From Clostridia bacterium (GTDB lineage: Bacteria; Bacillota; Clostridia; UMGS1883), in NCBI GenBank assembly GCA_045604905.1, contig JAZUOX010000060.1, forward strand, positions 22,386-86,385: a stretch of DNA of 64,000 nucleotides, given 5' to 3'. The position numbers were made by a program, and so were the translations under genes. The notes below the pieces were generated by a model that was not told where the DNA came from, searched no databases, and was given only the letters and a program-made list of their open reading frames with translations. This document shows positions 37,399 through 47,271 of the stretch, piece after piece (within the stretch, counting starts at the first letter, position 1; each line of letters begins with the position of its first letter).

Positions 37399-38604
37399 AT
37401 GCACGAACTTACGATTATAGACGACGACAGACAGTTTTTAAACAATTTTTCTGTTTTTTTAAAAAAGAATATCGGTTCACAAATAAAATCGACTCTTATT
37501 ATGGAAACGGATTCCGCACTGATGCACCTTCGTATACACTATCCCGATGTTATTATAATAAATGCAAGGTTTAACGGAGAAAGTGGACTTGACATAATCC
37601 GCAGCTGCAAAAAAACAAATAACACTTCAAAATTTATAGTTATAAGCGATGAAAAAGATTTTGATACAATTCAGGAAGCTCTGCGCCTAGGTGTACGCGA
37701 TTTTTTCTTGAAACCTGTTGATTATTCCGCACTGCTTGAATCTGCGAATAAGATTTTTGCAACCCTCGATAAAGAAGCACCTAAACATTCCGAAAATGAC
37801 GTACGACCTATGAAGGACAGAATGTTTTCAGACCTTCTTGCAGGTCGCATAAAAAATCCCGTTGACTTATCACTCCGCCTTGCGGAGGCAGAGCTTAAAT
37901 CAGACTATATCAACCGTCCTTGTGCACTTGTAAACATACATATAAACAGCTTTTCAAGATGGCTTACAATGTGTTGGGACAGTGGTGCACACAGGTTTTA
38001 CAGCGAAGTTGACAATGCACTTTCCAGCATTACTGAAAAGGCTGAGTTTGTTATTGCAAGGACTTTCTACAGTAATATTGAAGTACTTTGCATAAACAAT
38101 TCCCAAATGTCCACCGAAGAACTTCTTGAAGAATGTATCCCGCTATTTTCGAAAATAATTCTTGAAAAATTAGGAGTGTATTCTCAAATACATACAACCA
38201 AAATTTTCTCTTCACTTTCTGAAATTATGAAATATAATCTGCAGGAACCTGTCAATACGGATAACAAATCAGAAACCATTCTAGAAAATGCACTGAAATA
38301 TATGCGCCACAACTATTTCCGTGAATTCACCCTTGATGATGTTGCAAATTATGTCAAACTTTCAAAGGAATATTTCTGCTCATACTACAAGAAAAAAACG
38401 GGGGAAAATTTTCTTGACTCCCTCACCCGTCACAGAATAGAAATGTCAAAAAAACTTCTTGCAAATACTACACTTACAATCAATCAAGTAGCAGAAAGCG
38501 TTGGCTACAGAAGTGCTTCTTATTATCATAAAACCTTTAAGATTTCATGCGGAATGTCACCATCTGAATTCCGCAAAAAATCCATTATTACAAAAGCTGA
38601 ATAA
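37399..38604 (+). CDS. Response regulator with an N-terminal receiver and a C-terminal AraC-type HTH (orphan; receiver apparently lacks the phospho-acceptor Asp)
   Basis: The receiver-like N-terminus (IIDDD acidic pocket, conserved Lys in FFLKPV) has Asn at the position aligning with CheY D57 (PDVIIINARFNGESGLD). The C-terminus carries two HTH_AraC helices (LDDVANYVKLSKEYF...). A GGAGG ribosome-binding site is present. No histidine kinase is adjacent. Confidence 0.75.
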   Translation: MHELTIIDDDRQFLNNFSVFLKKNIGSQIKSTLIMETDSALMHLRIHYPDVIIINARFNGESGLDIIRSCKKTNNTSKFIVISDEKDFDTIQEALRLGVRDFFLKPVDYSALLESANKIFATLDKEAPKHSENDVRPMKDRMFSDLLAGRIKNPVDLSLRLAEAELKSDYINRPCALVNIHINSFSRWLTMCWDSGAHRFYSEVDNALSSITEKAEFVIARTFYSNIEVLCINNSQMSTEELLEECIPLFSKIILEKLGVYSQIHTTKIFSSLSEIMKYNLQEPVNTDNKSETILENALKYMRHNYFREFTLDDVANYVKLSKEYFCSYYKKKTGENFLDSLTRHRIEMSKKLLANTTLTINQVAESVGYRSASYYHKTFKISCGMSPSEFRKKSIITKAE

Positions 38605-38693
38605 TCATTGTTTATATTATATCATTCGTAAATTTTTCTGTAAATATTATCTGTACATTTTGCTTTAAAATGCAAAAAACGACACAGTCAAAT

Positions 38694-38739
38694 CAAAAAA
38701 AATGCACATTTGAGTATAAGTCTCAAATGTGCATTTTTT
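38694..38739. terminator. Bidirectional intrinsic terminator between the regulator (+) and the dppA-like gene (-)
   Basis: Perfect 18-bp inverted repeat aaaaaatgcacatttgag / ctcaaatgtgcatttttt with a 7-nt loop. It is flanked by an A-run upstream and a T-run downstream. Confidence 0.7.
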
Positions 38740-39538
38740 ATTTGTTTTCAGCCATATCCCACTGAAGCCCTGTGTTTATTACATAACGAAGGGTTCTCGC
38801 ATCAAGCCTTTCAGTCCATGGATAATTTTCGTGGTATATGTCACAGTAGTCTGTACGATAGAGTTCTAACTTTATCTCCGCAGGCATAGTCGGCTTATAT
38901 GGGAGAAATTTCTTCCCTTCCTTAAGTGCTTTCACAGTGCGGAAGGATGCATCATAAATTTCCTGCCGTGATTTTTTTGTATCGTAAAGCTGTGCCGCGT
39001 TTCTGCAGTTAGCTCCTTTAACGCTGACACACTCAATATCTCCGAAAAAGCTATGTGCTTCACGGACCGCCGCATCATCTCCCGACATCATGGCAAGAGG
39101 TACACCGAAATGACCTGCCACCATTGCCCACTGACCAAGTTCCCCGACTTTTCTGCCGTTTATGTAATAATTAAACCACTCTATACTCGACTGAGTATGG
39201 TCAAGGAAAGCATTTTGTGTACCTGCCATAGCGTGGGCACCTATAAAGAAGGTTGCATCAAAGCTTTCGTCAAGGCTCTGCCACCAATGTTTGTGACCCC
39301 CGTCAAGAACGGCACGGCTGTCGATAATACTCTTATCAATATTATCCCCGGGGCCGTGGCAGTCAAGAACATACACCTCATCAGCACCTGCATCAAATGC
39401 ACCCTTGATTGCCGCATTGGTATCGCAGGCAAGGGCACGGCACGCCTCTTTATTTTCAGGTGTGTAAAAAGGGAAAACCTGATTTATGGAATTAACCTCC
39501 GTTGCACCTTCAAGGTCTGTATGGATATAAATTTTCAT
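38738..39538 (-). CDS. M55-family D-aminopeptidase (DppA-like)
   Basis: The start is reassigned to MKIYIHTDLEGAT (ATG 39536-39538), matching the DppA N-terminus (MKxYxSxDxEG) and preceded by an AAAGGA ribosome-binding site. The 15-codon upstream extension was dropped. Confidence 0.7.
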   Translation of the reverse strand: MKIYIHTDLEGATEVNSINQVFPFYTPENKEACRALACDTNAAIKGAFDAGADEVYVLDCHGPGDNIDKSIIDSRAVLDGGHKHWWQSLDESFDATFFIGAHAMAGTQNAFLDHTQSSIEWFNYYINGRKVGELGQWAMVAGHFGVPLAMMSGDDAAVREAHSFFGDIECVSVKGANCRNAAQLYDTKKSRQEIYDASFRTVKALKEGKKFLPYKPTMPAEIKLELYRTDYCDIYHENYPWTERLDARTLRYVINTGLQWDMAENK

Positions 39539-39614
39539 AATAAACAATCCTTTCAAAATAAATTTATATTGCAAAAAGTCCACTGTTGTGTTACTATTCT
39601 CATAGGGTGATTTT

Positions 39615-40421
39615 ATGATACGTAATACGATTTCCGAGTTTTATAATGACACATTAAAATACGACCATATCTCCTTTGAGGATATGTCCTGGCCGGGGAT
39701 TGAAACTCAGTCACATACGGGGTATGAAATGATTTTTTTGAAATCGGGCGATGCTACCTTCATTGCCGATGAAAAGATTTTCAGTGTAAAACCCGGCAGC
39801 ATAATACTTACCCCACCTAATACCCGTCACATCATAAACTTTAACGAAACGGCGTATTATGACAGATTTGATGTGATTTTCGACCCCTCTGTAATACATC
39901 CCGAAATATATAAAGAAATTCCATCTGGGGCAAATGTTTTTTGTACGGAAAAGCCTGAATATTTCCTCTCCTTGTTTGAAAAAATTGATTTTTACTGCAG
40001 ACATTTTTCGGGTGATTCTCTTTGCAAAATCATCTTGAATGTAGTTGAGGAAATCTTTTACAATATCGCGATAGAAACAAAGGAAACCTCCGGAATTGTG
40101 CCGTATGACAACTACATTTCCGATTCAACATTTACGAAAATCATTGAATTTATAAGTAAAAACATCACTAACCCTTTCACCCTCGAAGATATGTGCGATG
40201 AACTTTATATTTCAAAAAGCAATCTGCACAAGCTTTTTTCAAAACACCTCGGTAAAAGCCCCAAAAAATATATTACCGAAAAACGTCTTGCCATAGCACG
40301 CCTTGAAATCCTTTCAGGGTCACTTCCTACAGAGGTTTTCCATAAATACGGATTTTCTGACTATTCCTCTTTTTACAGAAGCTATCGGGCATATTATGGA
40401 CATTCACCGTCGGAAACCTAA
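39615..40421 (+). CDS. AraC-family transcriptional regulator (cupin-type sensor + HTH)
   Basis: 268 aa. The N-terminal cupin-like region and the C-terminal AraC HTH (FTLEDMCDELYISKSNLHKLF...) are both present. It is divergent from the dppA-like gene. Confidence 0.8.
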   Translation: MIRNTISEFYNDTLKYDHISFEDMSWPGIETQSHTGYEMIFLKSGDATFIADEKIFSVKPGSIILTPPNTRHIINFNETAYYDRFDVIFDPSVIHPEIYKEIPSGANVFCTEKPEYFLSLFEKIDFYCRHFSGDSLCKIILNVVEEIFYNIAIETKETSGIVPYDNYISDSTFTKIIEFISKNITNPFTLEDMCDELYISKSNLHKLFSKHLGKSPKKYITEKRLAIARLEILSGSLPTEVFHKYGFSDYSSFYRSYRAYYGHSPSET

Positions 40422-40472
40422 ATATCCGGGGATGTAAAAAAGTCCATAACACATTTTCCTATCACCTAGTGG

Positions 40473-40510
40473 GAGTGTAAAAAAACTTGGTTTTTTTTAC
40501 ACTCTTTTTT
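40473..40510 (+). terminator. Intrinsic terminator after the AraC regulator gene
   Basis: Stem gagtgtaaaaaaa / tttttttacactc with a 5-nt loop, followed by T6. Confidence 0.6.
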
Positions 40511-40596
40511 ACCGTATAGGAATTTGCGTCAAATTATGACGCAGGAAACTTTGTTTGCACTCCTGCGAGGGTGCGACATGGGTGAAGCGGCACGCT

Positions 40597-42600
40597 TCAT
40601 CTGTTTGCGGTGATTTTATAGTACAGAGTTTTAAGTTGTGATCTTGTAAGTGCATCCTTTAACTGAGTATCAGGCTCATAGTCAAGATAAACTATACCAT
40701 AAGTGTATTCGCTCATACGCTCCGCAAGCGAGGAAATTTCAGAATACAGTTTTTCTTCATCATCACGTTTTTCATAAAGACAGTTGTAATAATCAAGGCA
40801 AAGCACCATCATCCTGAAAACATCAACACCGTACAAAACTCCGCGGATATCTTCGTTGATTTTTGAAAGCAGTGCCTCTCCCTCTGGCTTTTTTCTCATA
40901 TCCCGAGGGTTAAGGGCAGTGCTTTCGTCAGTAAAAAGTTCGGGAGAAAGAGATGCTGTTTCTTCCGTTCTTATTTTCCGAAGTTCCCTCAAAGCTTTTT
41001 CAAGCTTTTTTACAGTTTCATAACCGCTTGCTACGGCATTTTCTCCCAGGTGGGATTCGTTATAAAAAGGCTTTGCGGGGATTTTTCCGTCCCACTCGGA
41101 AAGGTGTGTGAGAATACTTGTGTCAAACCAGTTACGCCATGATCCGCAATAGCTCACGGCATCCTCGATAAGTCGGTAAGCCTCTTTTGCACGATCTGCA
41201 TATTTTCCGTACATATCGTCAAAATACTTTCCGATAAGCTTGTCAGTATCACAGTTTCTGTCACGGCTGATATTTGCAAGCACATACTGATTAAGACTTC
41301 TCACTCCCCAGTCGAGGACGGGGGTGTGCATATACTCAATTTCCGTCACACCGCAGTCTATGTAATACTTAACGTCGTTTATTATCCTCTCCGTGAAAAG
41401 AAGCGGCAAATCCTCATACTTTGAAACGTTATAATACTCATTCATCGCAAGCATCATGCCCGTTTTTGTCCAGTCATTGAGAGTACGTTTATATATTCTG
41501 TTTTTGTCGCAAGTATCGTCACTTAAATCGTGGTGGTAGCATCTTAAAATCGGGCAAAAAAGCGGATAATCTCCCGCTTTTATAAGATTTTCGGGAACGG
41601 GATTCTCAGGTGCTTCAAGGGTATCTGTACCCTCATAAGCATCGAATGAAAGTCTTATATTATGGTCAATAATACCATCACGATACGCCTGGTCAATTCT
41701 TTTTCTTATATGTGAAAGATAATGCAGAGTTCTGTCAGTTCCGTTTCCGAGGGCACTGCATTTTTCACAATTACAACTTGCCCCCCAGGTATCAAAGCCT
41801 GCAAGTTCAAACACCGATTGGTCTTTCCAGTCGGTCTTTATTTTATCAATGACAGTTTCCGCAAGCTTGTCAAGTAATCCTTCATTGGTAACACAGAACT
41901 GAACGTTAATGGCATTTTTCTCATTTATTTCGCCTTCACGCTTGCCGTACCAGTCTTTGTGCACGTCAATATAATATCCGCCGTTCTCATCAACGTTTTT
42001 CGGATTAAGAATTTTTGTAAAAACGTGGCCACCTGTTTTAAGAGTGAAGCACAGCTTCTGCTGAAGTTTTTTCGTATTCGGAAAACAAGCGTGTATGTTC
42101 ATCCGATTTCTCGCCATCCATACGGTCAGGCCTATTGATTCTTTGAGAAGTCCTTCAAAATGAAATCCTCTGCCGTCAGGCATATCGTATTTATAATTTT
42201 TAGATTTGAAAGTTGCAAGTTCTTTAAGTTCAGGTACAAATTCCTCCGTAGGGGAATACCAGCGAATTCCCTGCATTTCAAGGAATTCATACACTGCATA
42301 AAGTAGTCCTTTCCTCGAATTGCCTTCCAGAACAGTGTCACTGCCGTCAGTGTATATTCTGAATTCTTCTCCGTCTTTGTCAAGACACTTGAGAATAATG
42401 TTTCTCTCACCTTTTTCGTGAGATACAGAAGTCTTAAGTCCGCATTTATTAAGATAAACACAAAGTTCCTCTGCCGCATAAGAAACCGTACATCTTACGG
42501 CAGATTCCTTGTCGTTTTCAAAATCAATTTTATTTTCATCATGTGCCCAAAGTTCATAATATTTTTCCGCATCGGGATATGGAAGCACTATTGTCAACAA
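40597..42600 (-). CDS. DUF4838-like putative glycoside hydrolase (GH67N/GH20b-type N-domain + TIM barrel), specificity unknown
   Basis: 667 aa with no signal peptide. The N-terminal RKGLLYAVYEFLEMQGIRW motif is typical of DUF4838/alpha-glucuronidase-N-like domains. It shares architecture with the 3848-5977 gene. Confidence 0.5.
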   Translation of the reverse strand: MLTIVLPYPDAEKYYELWAHDENKIDFENDKESAVRCTVSYAAEELCVYLNKCGLKTSVSHEKGERNIILKCLDKDGEEFRIYTDGSDTVLEGNSRKGLLYAVYEFLEMQGIRWYSPTEEFVPELKELATFKSKNYKYDMPDGRGFHFEGLLKESIGLTVWMARNRMNIHACFPNTKKLQQKLCFTLKTGGHVFTKILNPKNVDENGGYYIDVHKDWYGKREGEINEKNAINVQFCVTNEGLLDKLAETVIDKIKTDWKDQSVFELAGFDTWGASCNCEKCSALGNGTDRTLHYLSHIRKRIDQAYRDGIIDHNIRLSFDAYEGTDTLEAPENPVPENLIKAGDYPLFCPILRCYHHDLSDDTCDKNRIYKRTLNDWTKTGMMLAMNEYYNVSKYEDLPLLFTERIINDVKYYIDCGVTEIEYMHTPVLDWGVRSLNQYVLANISRDRNCDTDKLIGKYFDDMYGKYADRAKEAYRLIEDAVSYCGSWRNWFDTSILTHLSEWDGKIPAKPFYNESHLGENAVASGYETVKKLEKALRELRKIRTEETASLSPELFTDESTALNPRDMRKKPEGEALLSKINEDIRGVLYGVDVFRMMVLCLDYYNCLYEKRDDEEKLYSEISSLAERMSEYTYGIVYLDYEPDTQLKDALTRSQLKTLYYKITANR

Positions 42601-42628
42601 TAAAATTCACTACCTTTTCATCGTATTT

Positions 42629-43579
42629 TTATAACAGTTTACTACATTTATTTTTTGCACTTGAAGCCGCCTGAATCGCCGCAAAAATGCGAAATTTATT
42701 TCTTTCTGTTGTACTGCGTCCGGTAACAATAAGAAGTCCCTGTGCTTTATCCTGAACGGCATTTTCAAGAGTAAATCTTAAATTATGTTCAAGGTTGAAG
42801 GTTGAATCTATGGAGCCGGCAGGAATAATATCGTATCCTGCCTCGGTAAGTTTTCTGTAGCTTTCACGCTTTTTTATATCGTAAGGGTCATCGGGAAGCG
42901 GTGCGGCAACATCCGGGAACATATGACCGAAATACCACGGGCTTACCACAACATCCTTTCCGATGTTTTTTTCAAAAGTTTCAAAGTCTTTCCAAAAAGC
43001 ATCTGCCCACATCCAGGGTCTTACCCCTTTATCTCTTACGCACTGAAGCATAAACTTAACATCGTGAAGCAGTAGTTCGTGCTGACGGTAGCACGCATAG
43101 GTGAGGTTACGCTGACTGTCCTCCCCTTCTTCATTCATACCAATGTGGAAAAGTTCGGGAGTTTCAAATATATCGCACACCTCATAAATAAGGTCTTTTA
43201 CAACCTCATAATAATCAGGTGTAGAAAGCATTCTGCCGTAAATACCGAGCCAAGCATCGTGTGCCGCGGAAAAATTCAGTTTCGGATAGACCTTGAAGCC
43301 CATAGAACGAAGACGTCTTACTTCCTCCGTCATATATTCAGGAGTCCATCCCCCTTCAATCCACAGTTCGGGATGGGATTTATAGCAAATTGCATCACCG
43401 ATATTTATAACAAGAGCTTCTACGCCCTTTTCCTTTGCAAAGTCCACAACCTGATCCCAGGCTGCCTTCTCGGTAATTATTCTTGTATTGAACACATTAC
43501 CTGCATAATCGGCACGGGTGGTTGAATCTATGCCGAAATTATCTCCAAGAGAGAGCATTAAATAGAGTGTGTCTTTCAT
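42629..43579 (-). CDS. Uncharacterised GH20-like TIM-barrel family protein, paralog 7 (group B, D->N variant)
   Basis: The start is reassigned to MKDTLYLMLSLGDNFG (ATG 43577-43579), 1 nt after the paralog-8 stop. The H-x-G motif reads HIGMNEEGED. ~70% identical to paralog 3. Confidence 0.6.
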   Translation of the reverse strand: MKDTLYLMLSLGDNFGIDSTTRADYAGNVFNTRIITEKAAWDQVVDFAKEKGVEALVINIGDAICYKSHPELWIEGGWTPEYMTEEVRRLRSMGFKVYPKLNFSAAHDAWLGIYGRMLSTPDYYEVVKDLIYEVCDIFETPELFHIGMNEEGEDSQRNLTYACYRQHELLLHDVKFMLQCVRDKGVRPWMWADAFWKDFETFEKNIGKDVVVSPWYFGHMFPDVAAPLPDDPYDIKKRESYRKLTEAGYDIIPAGSIDSTFNLEHNLRFTLENAVQDKAQGLLIVTGRSTTERNKFRIFAAIQAASSAKNKCSKLL

Positions 43580-43580
43580 A

Positions 43581-44543
43581 TTATTTACCTCCCAAAAGCT
43601 TTTCCCTTGCGTACTTTGCCTGGTATATGGCATCCATATACCAATACTTGCTGTCATCCATAGGTGCCGCCCAGCTTCCGCAGATAATCATACCGCGAAT
43701 TTTGTCCTGATTAAGGTTTTCAAGAGCATAGCGTATTGTATGCTCAAAATTATGAGTGTTTACATTTGCTCCGCCCTGAAGCATAATATCAAAGCCGTTT
43801 TCCGTGAGAAGCTTGAAGCTTTTGTAGCGGTTCGTGCTCCATTCGTCAGTCGGAAGAGGATTCTGTGCATCACCGTAAAAGCTACCGTAAAGCCAGTTAC
43901 ACACAAGTACATCCTTTTTGACATTCTTTATAAACTCTTTGGGATATGACCAGCAATAGTCACCGCCAATGGCAGGTCTTACGCCTTTTTCTCGGATGCA
44001 GTTACACAGGTATTCCACATCGTGCCACACAAGGTCAAACTGACGATAGCAGGCAAAATCGTACCGCTGCTGATTTGTCCAGTTTTCCTCATCAAGGACA
44101 AGTGAAAAGAATTCGGGGGTGTCGAAAATGTCACAAACTTCGTGAATAAGCTCCCTCGCAACCTCATAATATCGTTGTGTTGAAACCATTCTGGAATATT
44201 CCTCAAGCCACGCATCGTGACCTGCAGAAAAGTTAAGTCTGGGATACAGCTTTATCCCCTTTTCGTCACGAAGACGCTTTACCTCCGCCCGCATAAATTC
44301 AGGAGTCCATGCCCCCTCAACGGCAATTTCGGGGTGGGAATCAAACCTTATACCATTTGCAATGTCAAGAAGAATACTGTCACATCCATTTTCAGCTGCA
44401 CAATCAACTATTTCGTTCCACGCCTTTAAATCTGCCCTCAGTTTTTTATAATAAATCTCCCCCTGACAGTCGGGTCTTGTGGGAGAATCGTTCCAACAGT
44501 TGTCCGCAAGGCAAACAAGCAGGCACCATTTTTCAGAAATCAT
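43581..44543 (-). CDS. Uncharacterised GH20-like TIM-barrel family protein, paralog 8 (group A)
   Basis: The start is reassigned to MISEKWCLLVCLADNCWND (ATG 44541-44543) with a strong GGAGGA ribosome-binding site at 8-nt spacing. The tracked 72-codon N-terminal extension is an artifact that runs into the spoVT terminator. Confidence 0.6.
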   Translation of the reverse strand: MISEKWCLLVCLADNCWNDSPTRPDCQGEIYYKKLRADLKAWNEIVDCAAENGCDSILLDIANGIRFDSHPEIAVEGAWTPEFMRAEVKRLRDEKGIKLYPRLNFSAGHDAWLEEYSRMVSTQRYYEVARELIHEVCDIFDTPEFFSLVLDEENWTNQQRYDFACYRQFDLVWHDVEYLCNCIREKGVRPAIGGDYCWSYPKEFIKNVKKDVLVCNWLYGSFYGDAQNPLPTDEWSTNRYKSFKLLTENGFDIMLQGGANVNTHNFEHTIRYALENLNQDKIRGMIICGSWAAPMDDSKYWYMDAIYQAKYAREKLLGGK

Positions 44544-44666
44544 AGCTTTTCCTCCATAATGAGATTGAAAAATTTCTCTTATGATTATTTTACCACGATA
44601 AATTTTCCTTGTAAATTGCAAAAATAAGAAAAGCACATTGCAAAAAGTCCACTGAATTCTTTCCCT

Positions 44667-44716
44667 AAAAAAAATTGTACATTTTGGGGACTGTCCCCAA
44701 AATGTACAATTTTTTA
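44667..44716 (-). terminator. Long perfect palindrome (22-bp arms); probably the spoVT intrinsic terminator
   Basis: aaaaaattgtacattttggggac t gtccccaaaatgtacaatttttt. A GC-rich core hairpin has extended AT arms, and U-runs sit on both strands. It overlaps the spoVT stop codon. Confidence 0.6.
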
Positions 44717-45259
44717 TTCTTCCATTTGTTTTCCTAAGAATCCTGCTGCACTCTGGCAAAGCTTCTTTTCAACTTCACCAACGGGCATTGACTCTTTATC
44801 CGACACCATCATAACACTTCCGATGCTGTCACCTTCGCTGATAATCGGGGCAACAACACCTGCAAAATACTTTTCTGAGCCTTCTACAACGGGAAGTCCT
44901 TCCCCACCCGTTGAATCGATCACAAAGATGTTTTTCTTTTCCATTGTTTTTTCAACATCCTCGCTGATTCTCTTTTCAACAAGTTCTTTTTTGGGAGCTC
45001 CTGAAACAGCTATAACACTGTCCTTATCAGTGATAACAACGGCTAAACCACTTGTTTTTGAAAGAGTTTCCGCATAACCTGCGGCAAACTCACCAAGCTC
45101 TCCAATCGGTGAGTATTTTTTGAAGATTACTTCCCCGTCACGCTCCGTGAATATCTCAAGTGGATCGCCCTCACGGATTCGGAGAACGCGGCGAATTTCT
45201 TTGGGTATAACTACACGACCGAGGTCGTCTATTCTTCTGACAATTCCTGTTGCTTTCAT
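44714..45259 (-). CDS. spoVT: Stage V sporulation protein T (AbrB-type N-domain + GAF-like C-domain)
   Basis: MKATGIVRRIDDLGRVVIPKEIRRVLRIREGDPLEIF... is near-identical to the SpoVT N-terminus. At ~181 aa from the M17 start it has the right length. Confidence 0.85.
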   Translation of the reverse strand: MKATGIVRRIDDLGRVVIPKEIRRVLRIREGDPLEIFTERDGEVIFKKYSPIGELGEFAAGYAETLSKTSGLAVVITDKDSVIAVSGAPKKELVEKRISEDVEKTMEKKNIFVIDSTGGEGLPVVEGSEKYFAGVVAPIISEGDSIGSVMMVSDKESMPVGEVEKKLCQSAAGFLGKQMEE

Positions 45260-45342
45260 TACATAAATGCTCCTTTTGGTTTGATTTACATTTCTATTGT
45301 GTTCCAAAAGGAATTTTTTATGTAAGGAAAAAGGTGGAATAA

Positions 45343-45374
45343 AGCTAAAAATCCCGTCTCAAACGAAACAGGAT
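45343..45374 (-). terminator. Intrinsic terminator after the Zn-ribbon membrane protein gene
   Basis: On the minus strand the sequence reads aaaaauccuguuuc-guuu-gagacgggauuuuu (14-bp stem with 2 G-U pairs), followed by a U-run. Confidence 0.55.
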
Positions 45375-45381
45375 TTTTAAA

Positions 45382-45882
45382 TTATTCTTTTCCGCAAAAT
45401 TCACACGGAGACTGACTCCTCATTTTTCCGCAACTGTCACAAAGCCATTTATGTTCAGGTTTTTCAGTTTTTACAAATTTTGCTCCGCAGTGCCAGCACA
45501 CAACTCTGTCACTTGGCTGTTCAAAATTGCATTCAGAACAAATCATCATACCGTTTTCAACCAAAACAGAAGTAGCCGTTTTTTCTGTTTTACTTAATTC
45601 ATTATTAGTTCTTTCAGGCTTATTCTCTTTCAGAATTTCAAGGATTTTTCTGCTGTTTTGCTCATTCTGACTTGTTTTTTCTACCAATTCACCAAAAGCA
45701 TAGATAAACCATGACACCACCAGTGCTGCAAAAGGACCTAAAATCATAACATATATGCCGATTTCAAACATATCTTCATCAAAAAGCATAGACAATCCTG
45801 TTATTATGGCAGAAACAACTTCTATTATGAACGATACTTTTGCATACTTCTTAATCTTTTCTCCAACATTTTCAAAAAACAT
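45382..45882 (-). CDS. Membrane protein with C-terminal double zinc-ribbon (CxxC x4)
   Basis: Two TM segments are followed by CSECN...CWHCG...CDSCG...CEFCG. Confidence 0.6.
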   Translation of the reverse strand: MFFENVGEKIKKYAKVSFIIEVVSAIITGLSMLFDEDMFEIGIYVMILGPFAALVVSWFIYAFGELVEKTSQNEQNSRKILEILKENKPERTNNELSKTEKTATSVLVENGMMICSECNFEQPSDRVVCWHCGAKFVKTEKPEHKWLCDSCGKMRSQSPCEFCGKE

Positions 45883-45906
45883 AATATCATACTCCGTGAA
45901 ACAGAT

Positions 45907-47259
45907 TTAATTTTTAAGGCTATGCATAGGTGCAGGAATTCTTCCTCCGCGGTTAATAAAGTCTGCACAACCGAATTTACTTACGGGCATTACAGGACCT
46001 GTACCCAGAAGTCCGCCAAATTCAACTACATCTCCCACCTTTTTGCCGGGTGCAGGAATTATACGAAGAGCTGTGGTTTTTGTATTTATAACACCGATTG
46101 CAACCTCGTCTGCAAGGATGCCTGAAATTGTTTCGGCAGTTGTATCTCCCGGAACAACAACCATATCTATGCCAACAGAACATACGCAGGTCATAGCTTC
46201 CAGCTTTTCAAGAGAAAGTGCACCACACTTAACAGCTTCAATCATGCCCGCGTCTTCACTTACGGGAATAAACGCACCACTGAGACCACCTACATACGAA
46301 GACGCCATAACGCCACCCTTTTTAACTGCATCGTTAAGAAGTGCAAGAGCTGCCGTTGTTCCGGGTGCACCGCACTTTTCTACGCCCATTTCCTCCAGTA
46401 TATACGCAACACTGTCACCAACTGCCGGAGTCGGTGCAAGCGAAAGGTCAACTATACCCGACTGAGCATTAAGTCTTTCCGCAGCTTCACTTGCTACAAG
46501 CTGACCCATACGGGTAATTTTGAACGCTGTTTTCTTTATAGTATCGGCAACAACTCCAAAATCCTCACCCTTTACTTTTTCAAGAGCTTTTTTAACAACT
46601 CCCGGACCGCTTACCCCAACATTTATGACACACTCACCCTCACCGGTGCCATGGAATGCACCAGCCATAAAAGGGTTGTCCTCAACTGCGTTCGCAAAAA
46701 CAACAAGCTTTGCGCAGCCAAATCCGTCACTTTCAGCTGACATTTCGGCTGTTCTTTTTATAATCTGCCCCATATGCTTAACCGCATCCATTGAAATCCC
46801 GGCTTTTGTTGAGCCTACATTTACACTTGAGCAAATTCTGTTTGTAGTACAGAGAGCTTCAGGAATAGTTTCAATAAATTCCCTCTCTCCGATTGTATAT
46901 CCTTTCTGTATGAGAGCAGAATAACCCCCGATAAAGTTTACACCGGTAGTTTCAGCAGCGCGGTCAAGTGCTTTTGCAAATTCCACATAATGCCCACAAG
47001 GATGTCCCACAATCGAAATGGGAGTTACGGATATACGCTTGTTTATAATCGGAATACCGTACTCCTTCTCCAGTTGTTCACCAACCGGAACTAGATTTTC
47101 CGCAAGTCGCGTAACCTTGTCGTAAACCTTACTTGAGGCAATTTTATAATCCTCACTCATACAGTCAAGAAGTGATATTCCCATCGTGATTGTTCTTATA
47201 TCAAGATGTTCATTGTCAACCATCTTGATGGTTTCAAGTATTTCAAAAGGATTTATCAT
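45907..47259 (-). CDS. UPF0210 (PFL-like, DUF711) family protein
   Basis: 450 aa. The N-terminus [33 protein letters not shown] is characteristic of the UPF0210 family. It is paired with an upstream ACT-domain gene, as in other Firmicutes. Confidence 0.8.
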   Translation of the reverse strand: MINPFEILETIKMVDNEHLDIRTITMGISLLDCMSEDYKIASSKVYDKVTRLAENLVPVGEQLEKEYGIPIINKRISVTPISIVGHPCGHYVEFAKALDRAAETTGVNFIGGYSALIQKGYTIGEREFIETIPEALCTTNRICSSVNVGSTKAGISMDAVKHMGQIIKRTAEMSAESDGFGCAKLVVFANAVEDNPFMAGAFHGTGEGECVINVGVSGPGVVKKALEKVKGEDFGVVADTIKKTAFKITRMGQLVASEAAERLNAQSGIVDLSLAPTPAVGDSVAYILEEMGVEKCGAPGTTAALALLNDAVKKGGVMASSYVGGLSGAFIPVSEDAGMIEAVKCGALSLEKLEAMTCVCSVGIDMVVVPGDTTAETISGILADEVAIGVINTKTTALRIIPAPGKKVGDVVEFGGLLGTGPVMPVSKFGCADFINRGGRIPAPMHSLKN

Positions 47260-47271
47260 TTATGCTCCTCC

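Noticed and set aside
43581-44759. 392-aa version of paralog 8 with a 72-codon N-terminal extension
   Set aside because: The extension has no similarity to the other seven paralogs. It runs through the spoVT terminator palindrome and stop codon. An internal ATG at 44543 has a strong GGAGGA ribosome-binding site and gives the family-typical N-terminus.
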